A DNA stretch of 63,634 bases, the filler included, from Octopus bimaculoides (Eukaryota), in assembly GCF_001194135.2 (NCBI RefSeq). It is 8 parts of 7 records of this genome, joined end to end, with 100 filler letters (N's around TTAATTAATTAA, not from the genome) between each part and the next. Parts side by side here need not be neighbours in the genome. Positions count along the whole stretch, not along the records: positions 39,471 to 55,299 come from NC_068993.1; 7 more parts are not named here. One strand, written 5' to 3'. The notes under the pieces were generated by a model. That model made no database searches and was not told the origin of the DNA. It was given only the letters and a program-made list of their open reading frames with translations. Below are positions 39,471 to 52,530 of this stretch, in pieces. The first letter of the stretch is position 1; the number at the start of each line of letters is the position of its first letter. A program made the position numbers and the translations under genes.

Positions 39471-39701
39471 GGCACATAAAAGACACCATTTCGAGCGTGG
39501 CCGTTTTCGTGCGGGTGACACGTAAAAGCACCCACTACACTCTCTGAGTGGTTGGCGTTAGGAAGGGCATCCAGCTGTAGAAACTCTGCCAAATCAGACT
39601 GGAGCCTGGTGTTGCCATCCGGTTTCACCAGTCCTCAGTCAAATCGTCCAACCCATGCTAGCATGGAAAGCGGACGTTAAACGATGATGATGATGATGAT
39701 G
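39471..39701 (+). mobile_element. SINE 3' portion ending in (GAT)n, identical to 20357-20587
   Basis: Base-for-base match by eye, including the six GAT units. Confidence 0.8.
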
Positions 39702-41599
39702 AAAAACCCCAAATAAACTTTTACGCTTATTACTTGGTACTAATTGTTTTATTACAAGTTGTTCCTTATGTAACTAAGGATCAGAATCACATGATTTCCT
39801 TAAGATTAGAATGTTTAGTTTAAGATTAGTTCATTAAATCATTTAAGTTTTAACCCATACATGCACGACCATGCTGAAGCAATGCCATAAGTATCTTTGT
39901 ACTGTAGTTGCTGTCCTAACCTTGGCGTTGTTATTTGTTTCTATATTAAATTAAATTGTATGCTGTTATAGCTCAGTATTTTTTCTGATAGAGCGTGTTC
40001 TAGTTGTTGTTTTGCTTCACATCAACCCATGTTTAGCAGACATAGGAGTGAAAGTATTCCAGTTAGGCTCATCCTACCTCTTCCCAATGCACATGGAACT
40101 CAAACCAGCATGTGCTTTGTTATGGTGGAAGTATTAGATTTGAGGGAGATCTGGCTGTTTTTGCAAGTAGGTTGAACAAATTCATAGAGGCTTCCTTGTT
40201 GGATTGTGTTTTTACTGTGTTTCCCTAGTCATCTGATCATAGACTCAGATTTTCTGTGAGTATTTCAACTTTCATATAGATGCCAACTTTCAGACTAATA
40301 TGGTTTTCACTTTAATACTTCTGTATTTTTATTTACTGTTTCAATTAATATTGGTTTCAAATTTTGGCACAATTCTGGGATAGGAAGTAATGTTAGGCTG
40401 GCATGCCAATGTTAAGCTAGTACGTATTTTATCAACCTCGAAAGGATGAAAAGCAAAGTCAACTGAGGTAGAATTTGAACTCAAAACATGAAGACAGACA
40501 AAATGCCACAAAGCATTTTGCCTGGCATGCTAACAGTTCCACTAGCTTGCTTCCTCACCGTTTCAATTAATAATGAAAACTACCAAAAAAAGATCGGTAT
40601 GGGTTTGGTAGAATATTTAGCTTAGTCATTATTGATCTCATGTTTGGCTCTTAACAAAAGGTTCTTACCATAGAATTATGATGGAAGGTATTAATTCAAA
40701 TAGAAATCCTTTAACATTGGTAAATTTCTATCAGATATCTAGAGACAGTGTTAAGGAGATTAGTATTTTTCAAAGTAGATTTGGCTTCCAAACTGAGGCA
40801 GCTACGTAACTAGAAAAAATTGTTAGAGACATGAAACTATTTAGGATGTAAAATCTACATATTGGTAAGATGTCTGTACAGTTTGTTTTAGCAGCTCAAA
40901 TTGAACTGGTCAAACTTCTTTCTGGAAACTAACCAGCAGATTTATATAATCTCTATAGGTTTGTTCCACCAGGTCAGTCCCAAAAACCTTCCACACATAA
41001 CCACCTTGACTTATAATCAGGAATATCAGAACAAGGATGATGACGTTTCAAGTTCTCTTCTTGTTTTAAAGGCTGCGCAGTGACTGCATATAGGTCCATT
41101 CTTGGTTTTGTGGTCCCTCATTTTAAGTGCAAAAATGAACTAATTAAGGAAAATTTAACTGTGAAGCAGAGAACATCAAATGGCTGTGGGTATAAGATTG
41201 CTTATTTCCTTATTCTTAATTTCTATGTAACAACCCACCATGGGTTGTAGAGGATGCAGTGAGTGGAATCTTAGATAATGGTATATCTAAGCTCTTTTAT
41301 ACTCTTTATTGGAATGTTCATTATATTCCTGATGACCAATAAATGGTAAATAAAGCACCAATGGCCTCCAAAAGTCAAGCTATTGAAATATTAAAACAAT
41401 AAAATATTAAAAAAAAAAAAAACAAGGCACGTCAGTTTTCACAGAGTAGAAGAATGTTAAATACAAAATGCAATAATGGCCATTTCTAGCCTGCTTCTGT
41501 AGCTTCAAAAAGTTACTTTTCCTCTCTGTCTTTCTCAGAAACTTATATCTATCAGAAATTGGTTATTTTTGTGCGCTTACATACATTTCAGTATATATG

Positions 41600-41647
<48 letters not shown>

Positions 41648-41740
41648 TATATATACACATACATATATGCAATATATGCATATATAGATACATATACATA
41701 TATATATATATACATACATATATATATATATATATATACA

Positions 41741-41773
<33 letters not shown>

Positions 41774-42698
41774 GTATATATATATATATATATATATACA
41801 TACATGTGTGTGTGTGCATTTGTAAGTGGATGTATGTGTATCTATTTAAAGAGATATTTATGTGATCTTCATGAAAATAAAAAATATATAAACATTTAAC
41901 TTTTTATAATTTTGTTTTAAAATATACTTTAAGAAGTGTATAAAAGGCCTTCTAAATTTCGGCGCATTTTTTGGAGTGTGTGTAGGGGGGGGGGTACCGT
42001 AAAAGGGATCAAGGGAATCTATTATTTAAACTTGTGCAATTAATGTATTTATTGGAGGGTGTCCCTTCCTCTTNNNNNNNNNNNNNNNNNNNNNNNNNNN
42101 NNNNNNNNNNNNNNNNNNNNNNNNNNNNNNNNNNNNNNNNNNNNNNNNNNNNNNNNNNNNNNNNNNNNNNNNNNNNNNNNNNNNNNNNNNNNNNNNNNNN
42201 NNNNNNNNNNNNNNNNNNNNNNNNNNNNNNNNNNNNNNNNNNNNNNNNNNNNNNNNNNNNNNNNNNNNNNNNNNNNNNNNNNNNNNNNNNNNNNNNNNNN
42301 NNNNNNNNNNNNNNNNNNNNNNNNNNNNNNNNNNNNNNNNNNNNNNNNNNNNNNNNNNNNNNNNNNNNNNNNNNNNNNNNNNNNNNNNNNNNNNNNNNNN
42401 NNNNNNNNNNNNNNNNNNNNNNNNNNNNNNNNNNNNNNNNNNNNNNNNNNNNNNNNNNNNNNNNNNNNNNNNNNNNNNNNNNNNNNNNNNNNNNNNNNNN
42501 NNNNNNNNNNNNNNNNNNNNNNNNNNNNNNNNNNNNNNNNNNNNNNNNNNNNNNNNNNNNNNNNNNNNNNNNNNNNNNNNNNNNNNNNNNNNNNNNNNNN
42601 NNNNNNNNNNNNNNNNNNNNNNNNNNNNNNNNNNNNNNNNNNNNNNNNNNNNNNNNNNNNNNNNNNNNNNNNNNNNNNNNNNNNNNNNNNNNNNNNNN

Positions 42699-42743
<45 letters not shown>

Positions 42744-42872
42744 CATATATATAAATATATAGCTTTACATATATATGTATGTACATATATATACATATAC
42801 TTATAAATACATATATATATATATATATGTATATGTATATATACATGTGTGCATGTGTGTGTATACATATAT

Positions 42873-42912
<40 letters not shown>

Positions 42913-43334
42913 GTGTGTATATTATATATATATACACATACACACATTTATGGATATACATATAGATATATATGTGTGTGCGTGTATGTATATATATATA
43001 TATATGCATATATCTATACAGATATATGTCTGTATGTGTGTGTATATATTATATATATACATCTATACACATACTCACACACACATATATACATACATAC
43101 ATATATATGCATGTGTCCTTCCATGCATGTTCATGTGTGTGTATGAGTGTTTGTGTGTTCATGTGGGTGATAATATATGACAACAGAACATAAATGTATG
43201 GAAAGGGTGTATACTAAGTGCTCTATATTTCTGTTTTTTAGTTTTCCTGAAATTTGAATCTTTTTAAAAAAAAAAAAAAAAAAGTTTTCATTTGTTTCTA
43301 TCGTTTAAAATATGTTTTCTTTTCCTTTCACTTA

Positions 43335-43519
43335 TTAGAAATTTTCTGAAAACCCATGCTGTTTATTAAGCCTTCCAGTTTTGGCATCATTAATTGCTCC
43401 CCATAGATCAAAGATGAAATCATCAGAAAATCCAAAAGCCTCGAGGTCAGATGCATCTACAGCCATGGCGAAGTCATGGGGATTCTCTTGTTTGTTTCCA
43501 ATCTCCCAGATGTTTTGAG
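43335..43519 (-). CDS. GIPC: GIPC terminal coding exon (GH2 domain, stop codon)
   Basis: Acceptor atctttttcAG, then (A)QNIWEIGNKQENPHDFAMAVDASDLEAFGFSDDFIFDLWGAINDAKTGRLNKQHGFSENF-TAA. Matches GIPC 'FxFPDEFVFDVWGAIGDAK'. Length 185 nt, phase 1, with a second TAA immediately after. Confidence 0.95.
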
Positions 43520-44423
43520 CTGAAAAAGATAGATTGCAATTTAATATATATGATATATATATAATTTTTTATAATCTAGGCACAAGGCCTGAAATTTTGA
43601 GGGAGGGGGCCAGTCAATTAGATCAACTCCAGTGTGTAACTGGTACTTAATTTATCAACCCCGAAAGGATAAAAGGCAAAGTTGACCTTGGCGGAATTTG
43701 AACTCAGAATGTAAAGACAGACGAAATACAGCTAAGCATTTCGCCCAGCATGCTAACATTTCTGTTACATATGATGTACATAATGTATTCTTTTCTACTC
43801 TAGGTACAAGGGCTGAAATTTTGGGGGTGGGGGCCAGTCGATTAGATCTCTCTGAGAACTGCATTCAGGGTATGCGTGTTTGTGGGGTACTCACTCAACT
43901 GCACATTAATTTCACAAGCAGGCTGTTCCATTGATCGGATCAACGGAGTGCCAATCATGTGACATATCACAAATGAAGAGGGCTGGTAGTTACACAGAAG
44001 GTACTAAACTCCCTGCATACACAGTGCTAAAAACTTTGTTCTTTTATTCAAAGCATGACTTCCTTGAAAGAAAATTATTCATAATTTTCCATTCAAAGGT
44101 CAGAGTTTGCTGCCATTCTTGCAGGCTTGAATTTTTGAGGACTCCCTAATCTAAGAAATACATAAATTTTAACAAAGCTGGAGCACATTTTCATCAGAGT
44201 TGACAAATGAATCTTTATAAAATCAACTCTTGAATGTCAGTTCAGTTACTACAAAGTATACTTCAGGTTTCTCTCTGTTAATTGCTTCTAATTTAGTCCT
44301 GTATATGAATCACTTCTAATCTTTTATCTTTTACTCGTCTCAGTCATATAGGACTACAGCCATACTGGAGCACTTCCTAACACCAACCACTCCAAGAGTG
44401 TAGTGGGTGCATTTTGTGTACCA

Positions 44424-44513
<90 letters not shown>

Positions 44514-44698
44514 ATGTATACACACACACACACAATTTTTGCCTGTCAAATTCACTCACAGGGCACTGGTTGGCCCGAGGCAATAGTTGAAGACAGTTAC
44601 TCAGAGTGCTGTCCAGTGGGGCTGAGCCCAAAGTCACATGATTGTAACAGCAGCAACAATAACAACAAAACAAAAACATTAACAACAACAATAGTTAC

Positions 44699-44780
44699 CA
44701 AGTTCTGTGTCGTTAATACCCATGAAGGATTCAAGCAGGCCATTAATTTTGTCTACTGCCACACTGACCACATCATCAGG
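44699..44780 (-). CDS. GIPC: GIPC exon (start of GH2 domain)
   Basis: Acceptor ttcttctcttccAG, then PDDVVSVAVDKINGLLESFMGINDTEL(A), then donor GTAACT. Matches GIPC 'KVDDLLESYMGIRDTELA'. Length 82 nt, phase 0 to 1. Not present in the ORF track. Confidence 0.95.
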
Positions 44781-45267
44781 CTGGAAGAGAAGAAAAATAT
44801 ATTTTACAGATTAACAATGGCAGAAACTACATTGAAGAAATATTGAAAAAAAAAAACAAACTACAACTATAAATTAACAACAATAACAACAACTAAACTC
44901 AGCAAATCATTCAAACTGTTCTTAAAGGTAGTTTAACAAAAATAACAACAACAATGGTAATTATAATGATGACGATGACGATGATGGTGACAATTATAAT
45001 GATGATTATAACAATGGAAATGATGAAAATGGTACTGAAGATATATATATCAATACCATTCTCGTCACTTTCACTATATCATCATCATCATCATTTAACG
45101 TCTGTTATCCATGCTGGCATGGGTTGGACAGTTTGACCAGGGCTGGCATGCTGGAATGTTGCACAAGACTCCAGTCTCACTTGGCATGGTTTCTACAGCT
45201 GGGTGCCCTTCCTAACACCAACCACTGCAAGAGTGTAGTGGATGCTTTTACGTGCCACTGGCACTCG

Positions 45268-45306
<39 letters not shown>

Positions 45307-48300
45307 AAGGGCATCCAGCTGTGGAAACCAAGCCAAATTTAGACTGGAACCTGGTATAGCTCTCCAGTTTACCAGTTCCAGTCAAGCAGTCTAACCCATG
45401 CCAGCATTCAAAGCAGACAGTAAATGATGATGATGACGTGTGTGTGTGTTTATGTGCACATATGTGTGTGTGTGTGTGTGTGCATGTGTATGTATGCATG
45501 TATGTATGTATTAATTTTATGAGCAAACTTATAGAATGTTGTGTTCATCTAAGTCTCTTTACTTGGTCTATTATTTCTATTTGTTATTGTTGGTCAGTAT
45601 AACATGTCACGGTGACATTGATTTATCAATACCCAACGTAAATAACACCATGGTAAAAGGTTATCCAGCACTTTTGTCTATTACACACTGAATTTTAATC
45701 CTCTACACCTTTTTTTTTTTAATATTTAGTGGGGTATTTAGAACTATCTGCTGTGTCCTACCCTTGCCCACCTTTTGTTGTCTTTGTTTTTGAGATGGTA
45801 GAATGTGATTTATAGGATTTGAGAGAAATTTAGCTGTTATTTCCAGCAGGTTGAGTGACAGGCAAAGGGGCTCCCTTGCACATTCAAAAACTGACATTGA
45901 AATGTCAGTGGTCATCATTGTACCCATCATAATTCAGTGTCCACTTTTCCATGCTAGCATGGGTCAGATGGAATTTGTTGAGGGAGATTCTCTGTGGCCG
46001 AATGCCCTTCCCCTTGTCAATCCTCACAGGTGTTCCATGCAACGTAATATTTCCCCATGGAAATGTATGAGAGATGGATGAACAACACTGCTTGTATGAC
46101 AGGGTGGTTCATTTACATTCATCATATGATCCTTAGACAGAGGCGCACACATACACAAACACACACACGCCGCACACACAAACACACACACATACACACA
46201 CACCATACACACCACACAAACACACACACAGATTTTCAGTTATAAATGGTCACCTGATCCTCTCAGGTAAGAATTTTCACCTGTATGTATTTTGGTTGTG
46301 TACAGTTCATTGTGGAATGAAACTCTCCCAATAGTTAGGTTTTAAACAAGTATAAGCTGCACACATGTTGGAATGTCTAACTCCCTGGTTCTCAAACAGA
46401 ACACCAAGAATATTTAAAAATATAATCTAAGGCTTTAGAACATCTATATTAATGTTTGGTCTTCTTGAAAACATGTCTTTCATAATTTTGTGAAATACAA
46501 ACATGACTTAAGGCGGCAAACTAGCAGAATCGTTAGCACGCCGGGTGAAATGCTTAGCGGTAACTCGTCTGTCTTTACGTTCTGAGTTCAAATTCCACCG
46601 AGGTCAACTTTGCCTTTCATCCTTTCGGGGTTGATAGATTAAGTACCAGTTGTGCACTGGAGTCGATCTAATTGACTGGCCCCCACCCCTGAGGGCCCAA
46701 CTACCAGATACAGTAAAAACTCATAACAGGACTAAAGCAATATAGTTATTCTATGATCACAACAATCTCCCCTAAATAAAGGAATTCTTCTGTAAACTAG
46801 CAGTTCTCAACCACAGCGGTCATAATTGCATGTGGCCCTCAAACACCCTTCCGATGACCCCTGATGAGTTTCTCACTATAAATATAATAAATTCTTCTTT
46901 AACTGACTGCTACATCATCATCACCAACATCATTATCATCATCATCATCATCATCAATATTTAACATCCATTTTCCATGCTGGCATGGGTTGGACAGCTT
47001 GACAGGAACTGGCAAGGCCAGGGACCACCATGTTCCAAAGTCTGTTTTGGCTTAGTTTTCATGGTTGGATGCCCTTCCTAAGGCCAAGCACTTCACAGAG
47101 TTTAATGGGTGCTTTATATGTGGCACCAGCACCCACACCAATGCTTTTTACATGGAACCTACTTCTCATGGCATATATCTATGATATAACCAATAATACT
47201 CTCTACTTCCTTGCATCATAAATCTATGACCGGGTCAACTGTAAATATAAATTTTTCTTTAATTGACTTGTGTTTTACCTTTTTTGGTGCAGCTGGCTCC
47301 CCAAAAATATCTTGGGTTTCAGATCTGACCCCGATATTAAAAAAGGTTCAGAACCACCTCTGTAAGCACAACAAGCTACTCTAAATAAAGCCATTCCTCT
47401 ATAAATACAACAAATGCCTGTAAATAAAAGCGTTACTCTCTAAAACACAACAAACTCCTCACTCGTAAAATATCATGATCCAACAAGCTTCACTTTTAAA
47501 AACGATTGAGTGACAAAGTCAATTCAATAAAGACTTCATTTAAATTTTCTTCTTTTGTTTCATTCTAATAGAAATAAAATTAGACTGATTAATCCTTTAA
47601 CTTCACCCCAACAGCTGCCATCATAAACAAAGTAAATACGAAATTAGTTTATTTGCTTCTTATCATTGCTGAGTCTTTTGTGCTTTGTTTTTGTGTTTTT
47701 TATACTTCTTTCCTTACTTAATACCTATCTGATAAAGTAGTTCTTGACTAATCCTAGCACTGCTTCAGTTAGTAGCCTGATTAATTATACTGATTCGAAC
47801 AGACAAACTAACAACAAAAACAAAAAAAAAATAGCATTAATTATGCAGCTTTAGTGAAAGGAGGCTATTTACTTGAATTAGGTCACATAACAACAACAAC
47901 AACAACAGCAGTGATTACAACCAGCCAGACATCTTTATACCATGGAGACTACTACTAAACTGACATCTCTGAAATCAACAAAAGGTCAGAGTTCACAGAA
48001 CTGATAGGGTTCTTTCTAACTCCAAAGAGTCCATAGCTTTTGTATATCTTCCCCATTATCAAGAACCCTTCAAATAAATGAATATTGAAAAATCAAGTGA
48101 TCCCCTTCCTTTAGTAAAAGATAGTTGGGGAAAGGGGAAAGGAAAAAAAGCCAGTTCAAAGCTGTGTGAGGATCATTTACATAGCTGATATCTTTCAAAT
48201 AAGCACACAATACCATAAGGTCAGGTTGATCAATTACTTTGTGATGAGAGGAATTTAAGTGATGGAAACAGTGCAGTGTGTGTGTGTGAATGAGTGTGTG

Positions 48301-48353
48301 CACGTGTGAGTGTATGTGTGTATTTATAAACATGTGTGTGTGTGTTGTATGTG

Positions 48354-48386
<33 letters not shown>

Positions 48387-48779
48387 NNNNNNNNNNNNNN
48401 NNNNNNNNNNNNNNNNNNNNNNNNNNNNNNNNNNNNNNNNNNNNNNNNNNNNNNNNNNNNNNNNNNNNNNNNNNNNNNNNNNNNNNNNNNNNNNNNNNNN
48501 NNNNNNNNNNNNNNNNNNNNNNNNNNNNNNNNNNNNNNNNNNNNNNNNNNNNNNNNNNNNNNNNNNNNNNNNNNNNNNNNNNNNNNNNNNNNNNNNNNNN
48601 NNNNNNNNNNNNNNNNNNNNNNNNNNNNNATATATATATATATATATATATATATAAGATCCAGGGATTGAGGTGTAGGAAAAAAGCTTCCAGCAATCCG
48701 TAGTAAATATAAAAACAACTTCCAGGCACACACACACACACATATACGTCTACATAACAGCTTACTAACAACTCTACCT

Positions 48780-49640
48780 GTGTATATATAAACTGCGGGT
48801 ATTGGGGTATGACTACCTTATACGTATATTTCCTACTTAGTACTGGGGATGTTTCATTTATGAGGATGTACTCCTGTATTTGTCTGAGTCATTCAGGTGC
48901 TTCGATAAAATGCAGATGTCAAGTTGACCCAATGTGCCTCCATGCTAGTCTTTGACATGTTGGTAGAGTATGGAAGATTGTTTTTTGTCGTCTTATTGTC
49001 TGAAATGTTCATTTAGTTTTTCCACAATGCTTCTAGATGTCTCACCTATGTATATCCTGTTCTTGTCTTTATAAGCACCCAATGCTCGAGACTGCCTTTC
49101 TAGTTCTACAGCTAATGCCATGGTTAATCTTACATACCATGCAGTTGTCGTTGGTGCATGTGATATTCTCAAAGGAGTTTGTCATACATAGTTATGATCT
49201 GGCGGAGCCCCCTGCCTTTTCAATGATCTTAATGTTGAGTTTGGCCTCTTTCAGAGCTTTCCTAAATCTTCAGACTAGTTCTCCATGGGCTGTGGCCTCT
49301 ACAAACCTCACTCCTTGATATCTGTCGGTCTTGTACCACGTGTTCACCCTGTTTGCTTTGTCACAAACTCTTTGTATCCTATTCCAGTCTTTCTATATTT
49401 AGTGCAGGTACCATTGGTTTCATTATAGATAATGCTATCTAACTACTTTCTAGCTCCCTTGTGTACCTGAACCCTATCTTTCTGATCATATCCAGAGAAA
49501 TACATGTGGTGCATGAAGTTCTGCACATGTTTCTTTGTTTCATAGGGTTTGCATTGGGGGACAGGTACAAGTCTGCTATCGGTATGTTGATTTTCATGCG
49601 TGACAAAGCTGAGTTCTTGTGAACAACATATTTAGAAATT
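48780..49640 (-). mobile_element. Degraded Penelope-like element 3' region (Cys-rich linker plus GIY-YIG) in a GIPC intron
   Basis: VRFVEATAHGELV..KIIEKAG..TNSFENITCTNDNCMVCK...CRTR, then YIGETSRSI...SILYQHV...RQIQEYILI. Many stops. Confidence 0.75.
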
Positions 49641-49649
49641 ATATATATA

Positions 49650-49770
49650 TTGGGTCATTCCATAAATAATGTGATTTTTTTAATTGCATGAACTAAGTCA
49701 GAGGTGGGTGAGATTAAACTACCTGCATCAACTTGCTATAAAAGAAGGTAGTAATTTTACCCTGTTTTGA
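49650..49770 (+). mobile_element. Isolated 5' end of the mariner family seen at 36010-36852
   Basis: TA plus TTGGGTCATTCCATAAATAATG matches the reverse complement of the 36852 TIR. Shares TTAAACTACCTGCATCAACTTGCTATAAAAG with 36016-36046. Confidence 0.8.
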
Positions 49771-49899
49771 CAAATGCATGTGTGTCCCAATAGCTCAAAC
49801 TTAAAAGCCAAACAACAATGACAGCAAGCAACATTTGTTGGGAAAAAATTAGCTGTTATCCCCACAGACTATTTGAATCCCACAGCAAATAAAGAGTCA

Positions 49900-50950
49900 G
49901 ACCAGTGAACTCCTCTCCTGAGAAGATTGTGAACAATGCCGACCATCACCGATGTGACAGCAATAAAACTGAGATGAACGACATGCTGCCATCACACGAA
50001 CGCACAGTAGCCAATTATAGAAGAAGCAGAAATAATGAGGGAAGAATACAAACAACTGAAAGAACATTTAACAGCAAAATTCATACAAAACTTCATCATC
50101 TACATCAGCAGAGGTTGCCAATCATTTTTTACCTATGAACACCTTTGATTCCTATTTGAACTTTTTTTTACTTATTTGATCTTCAATACCAATGAATTAC
50201 TTTCCTGGTTCACAGAGCTATCATCAAGAACCGAAGTTTCCACTGTAGTCACTAACAGAATTAGACTATCAAGAGAAATATTTCAGAGCGACAGCTTTTC
50301 TGTAAGGCTTTTTGTTCTAGCTGTGAACCTTCTGTCAGTTCTGTTAAGGAAATACAAAGGTTATGTGACAAACTCTGCAGGTGAAAGAAAGACTAAATTT
50401 ACACCCAGCCCTTTTTTTGTTGATGACCTTCAGCTGTACTTGAGCAATGTTCCTGATATCAAGGAACAGTTAGAACTTGTCACAACATTTGCATGGGACA
50501 TAAGAATGGAGTTTGGTCACAGAAAACGTCCATATTTGGTAGTCAAATGCGATAAGACTGTTGACCAAGCAAGGAATTGGATATCAATAGCCAATCTATC
50601 TTGCCCATCACCAGTGACAAATGCTATAAATGCTTTGGAATCTACAGGAATATTGCATATTTTGGTGTTGTGAGTAAATCTCGAGTGGCAAAGTAATACT
50701 CCAACAGACTTCAGAGAGGAAAGTCAAAGCTGATGAGAAACCTATAGCTCTTCTATCCAGGCTGTAGATTTTTATTTGCTCCTATTATCATCACAGGTGG
50801 ATTGGGTTCCGTAACAAGAGATTTGCATAGAAACCTAAAAATGCTGGGGTTCTTGAAACAAAGAACAGAGCAGTCTGATTCACATTCTCCAGACAGGAGT
50901 GATTAGGGGAAGAGAGGAAATGTGTAAAACATTTCAGAGTTTCTCCATTT
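49900..50950 (+). mobile_element. Degraded RT fragment of an RLE-type (R4-like) LINE in a GIPC intron
   Basis: IRLSREIFQSDSFSVRLFVLAVNLLS...FFVDDLQLY corresponds to GIFQGDSLS...FVDDLKLY. Confidence 0.7.
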
Positions 50951-51329
50951 GAGGTTCCTGGGTGAACATACACACACCATCAAATGTACATATGGAATAC
51001 ATACGGACAGACACACAGAAAGTGTAATGAAACATACACTTGTGTTCCATTGTAACACACACACACATGATAACAAGCTTATCCACATACACATCTATGC
51101 ATATATCCACCAGTTAACTACAAATTCCAAGAGCTGCCTTGTGTAATTCCAACCAGTGTCATTTCACCTGTCACCAGAGCCCCATGGTACTAGGACAAAA
51201 TCCCCTACTGGACAAAATCCCTCCCCCGGCAGTCAATATCCTCTGGGATATTGTTCTTTCTTTACAATAATAATATTTTAGGAATAATTAGTTGATAGTT
51301 GATGATTCTTAAAATGCGAATATCTGAAA

Positions 51330-51600
51330 TAAACTCGACTGCTCTCACAAACGAGAATGCTAAAAATGAACCCAACCACTCTCAAAAATTAAATTTAAAA
51401 AAACAGGAAAAATAATCCAGAATCCTTGTCTGGTACTGGATTGATCCCAAAATTTAATCAGTTCGTGCCAGTCATGAGGCCAAACATCCTTGAAACTTTC
51501 ATCTGAATCCAGTGGTTCTTGAGACATCTTGCCCTCAGACAAACAAACAAACAAACATGACTGAAAACAACACCTCTGCCTTCGCTAAGGCAGAGCTGAT
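51330..51600 (+). mobile_element. Helentron/DINE-like non-autonomous element end
   Basis: An (AAAC)n tract followed by the terminal hairpin CTCTGCCTT-CGCT-AAGGCAGAG (51574-51595), an arrangement typical of HINE/DINE elements. Confidence 0.45.
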
Positions 51601-51619
51601 AACAGTGATGTGTACTTAC

Positions 51620-51723
51620 CATTGATTCAACTGTGGCAGGTCCATTAGCACGAAACCGTAGAGTCTTTTTACCACTTCCTACATTTCCACTTTTCTTTTT
51701 GGAATATGGCATATCAATAACAG
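51620..51723 (-). CDS. GIPC: GIPC exon (post-PDZ linker)
   Basis: Acceptor tcttcttgtAG, then (S)VIDMPYSKKKSGNVGSGKKTLRFRANGPATVESM, then donor GTAAGT. Matches the GIPC 'GxGxxTLRLRSxGPATVE' motif. Length 104 nt, phase 1 to 0, compatible with both neighbouring exons. Confidence 0.93.
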
Positions 51724-51970
51724 CTACAAGAAGAAACAAACAAGAATAAATAAGACAAAGTCAATTAATTATTAATGACGGAAACAGTATTTAATACCAA
51801 AAGGTAACGTTTATATCTGTAGTGAGGCACAAGAAGCCAGTGCCATTTTGTACAAGATCTTGCCAGTAGCCATTACTGTGTCCAAGACAGGAGCGAAATC
51901 TCATCTGCAGCCATTTGCCATGCGTGAGACTCTCATTGGCAACGAATATATAAACAAGAGAATTGAGACA

Positions 51971-52016
<46 letters not shown>

Positions 52017-52160
52017 TAATAATAGGTCAATCGTATACAAAAATAAAGAACTCATCTTTCTATCTATTATATTTATATTTCTGCTGAGCTACTTCAGTCC
52101 TCTATATGAACTAATAATAATATTGATAATAATAATAATAAATAATAGTAAAGTACATAC

Positions 52161-52530
52161 AGAATCCAGACTTTAATGGTTCCACTATTCGAAGAGTAAA
52201 TGTGGTGCCCTTTGGTATTTCCTTCAACATTTTGGCAACTTCAAAGTGTCGACAACCTATCAAGCTCGTATTATTTATTTTTTCCAAATGGTCCCCTACT
52301 TTTACTTGAGGCATTTTGTCCATAGTGCTGCTCTCTTTGATTCTTTTGATGAATGCGTAACCATTGCCGTTGTCTGTGATAGTTAGTCCAAGAGCGTCTT
52401 CAGTTTTGGTAATGTCTATTTCTTTTGGCTGACCTTTCAAGTGAACAAATATAAAATCCTCCAGACCAATTTGGCCTCCGAGAAGTTTGGTCATATCGAC
52501 TTTGTGGGAATTCAGAGTACAAAATAAGAT
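52161..52530 (-). CDS. GIPC: GIPC-family PDZ adaptor, internal exon (end of GH1 plus PDZ domain)
   Basis: Translates [65 protein letters not shown]...[32 protein letters not shown], closely matching GIPC1 ([26 protein letters not shown]...[19 protein letters not shown]). Acceptor tttttccAG at 52532-52531, donor GTATGT at 52160. Length 370 nt (phase 0 to 1). Confidence 0.97.

Noticed and set aside
49200-49330. In-frame TGA in the intronic PLE as selenocysteine (Naiad-type), and the 22929 hairpin as a SECIS
   Set aside because: The copy has many other stops and frameshifts. The hairpin belongs to a different element and lacks the UGA/GA quartet geometry.
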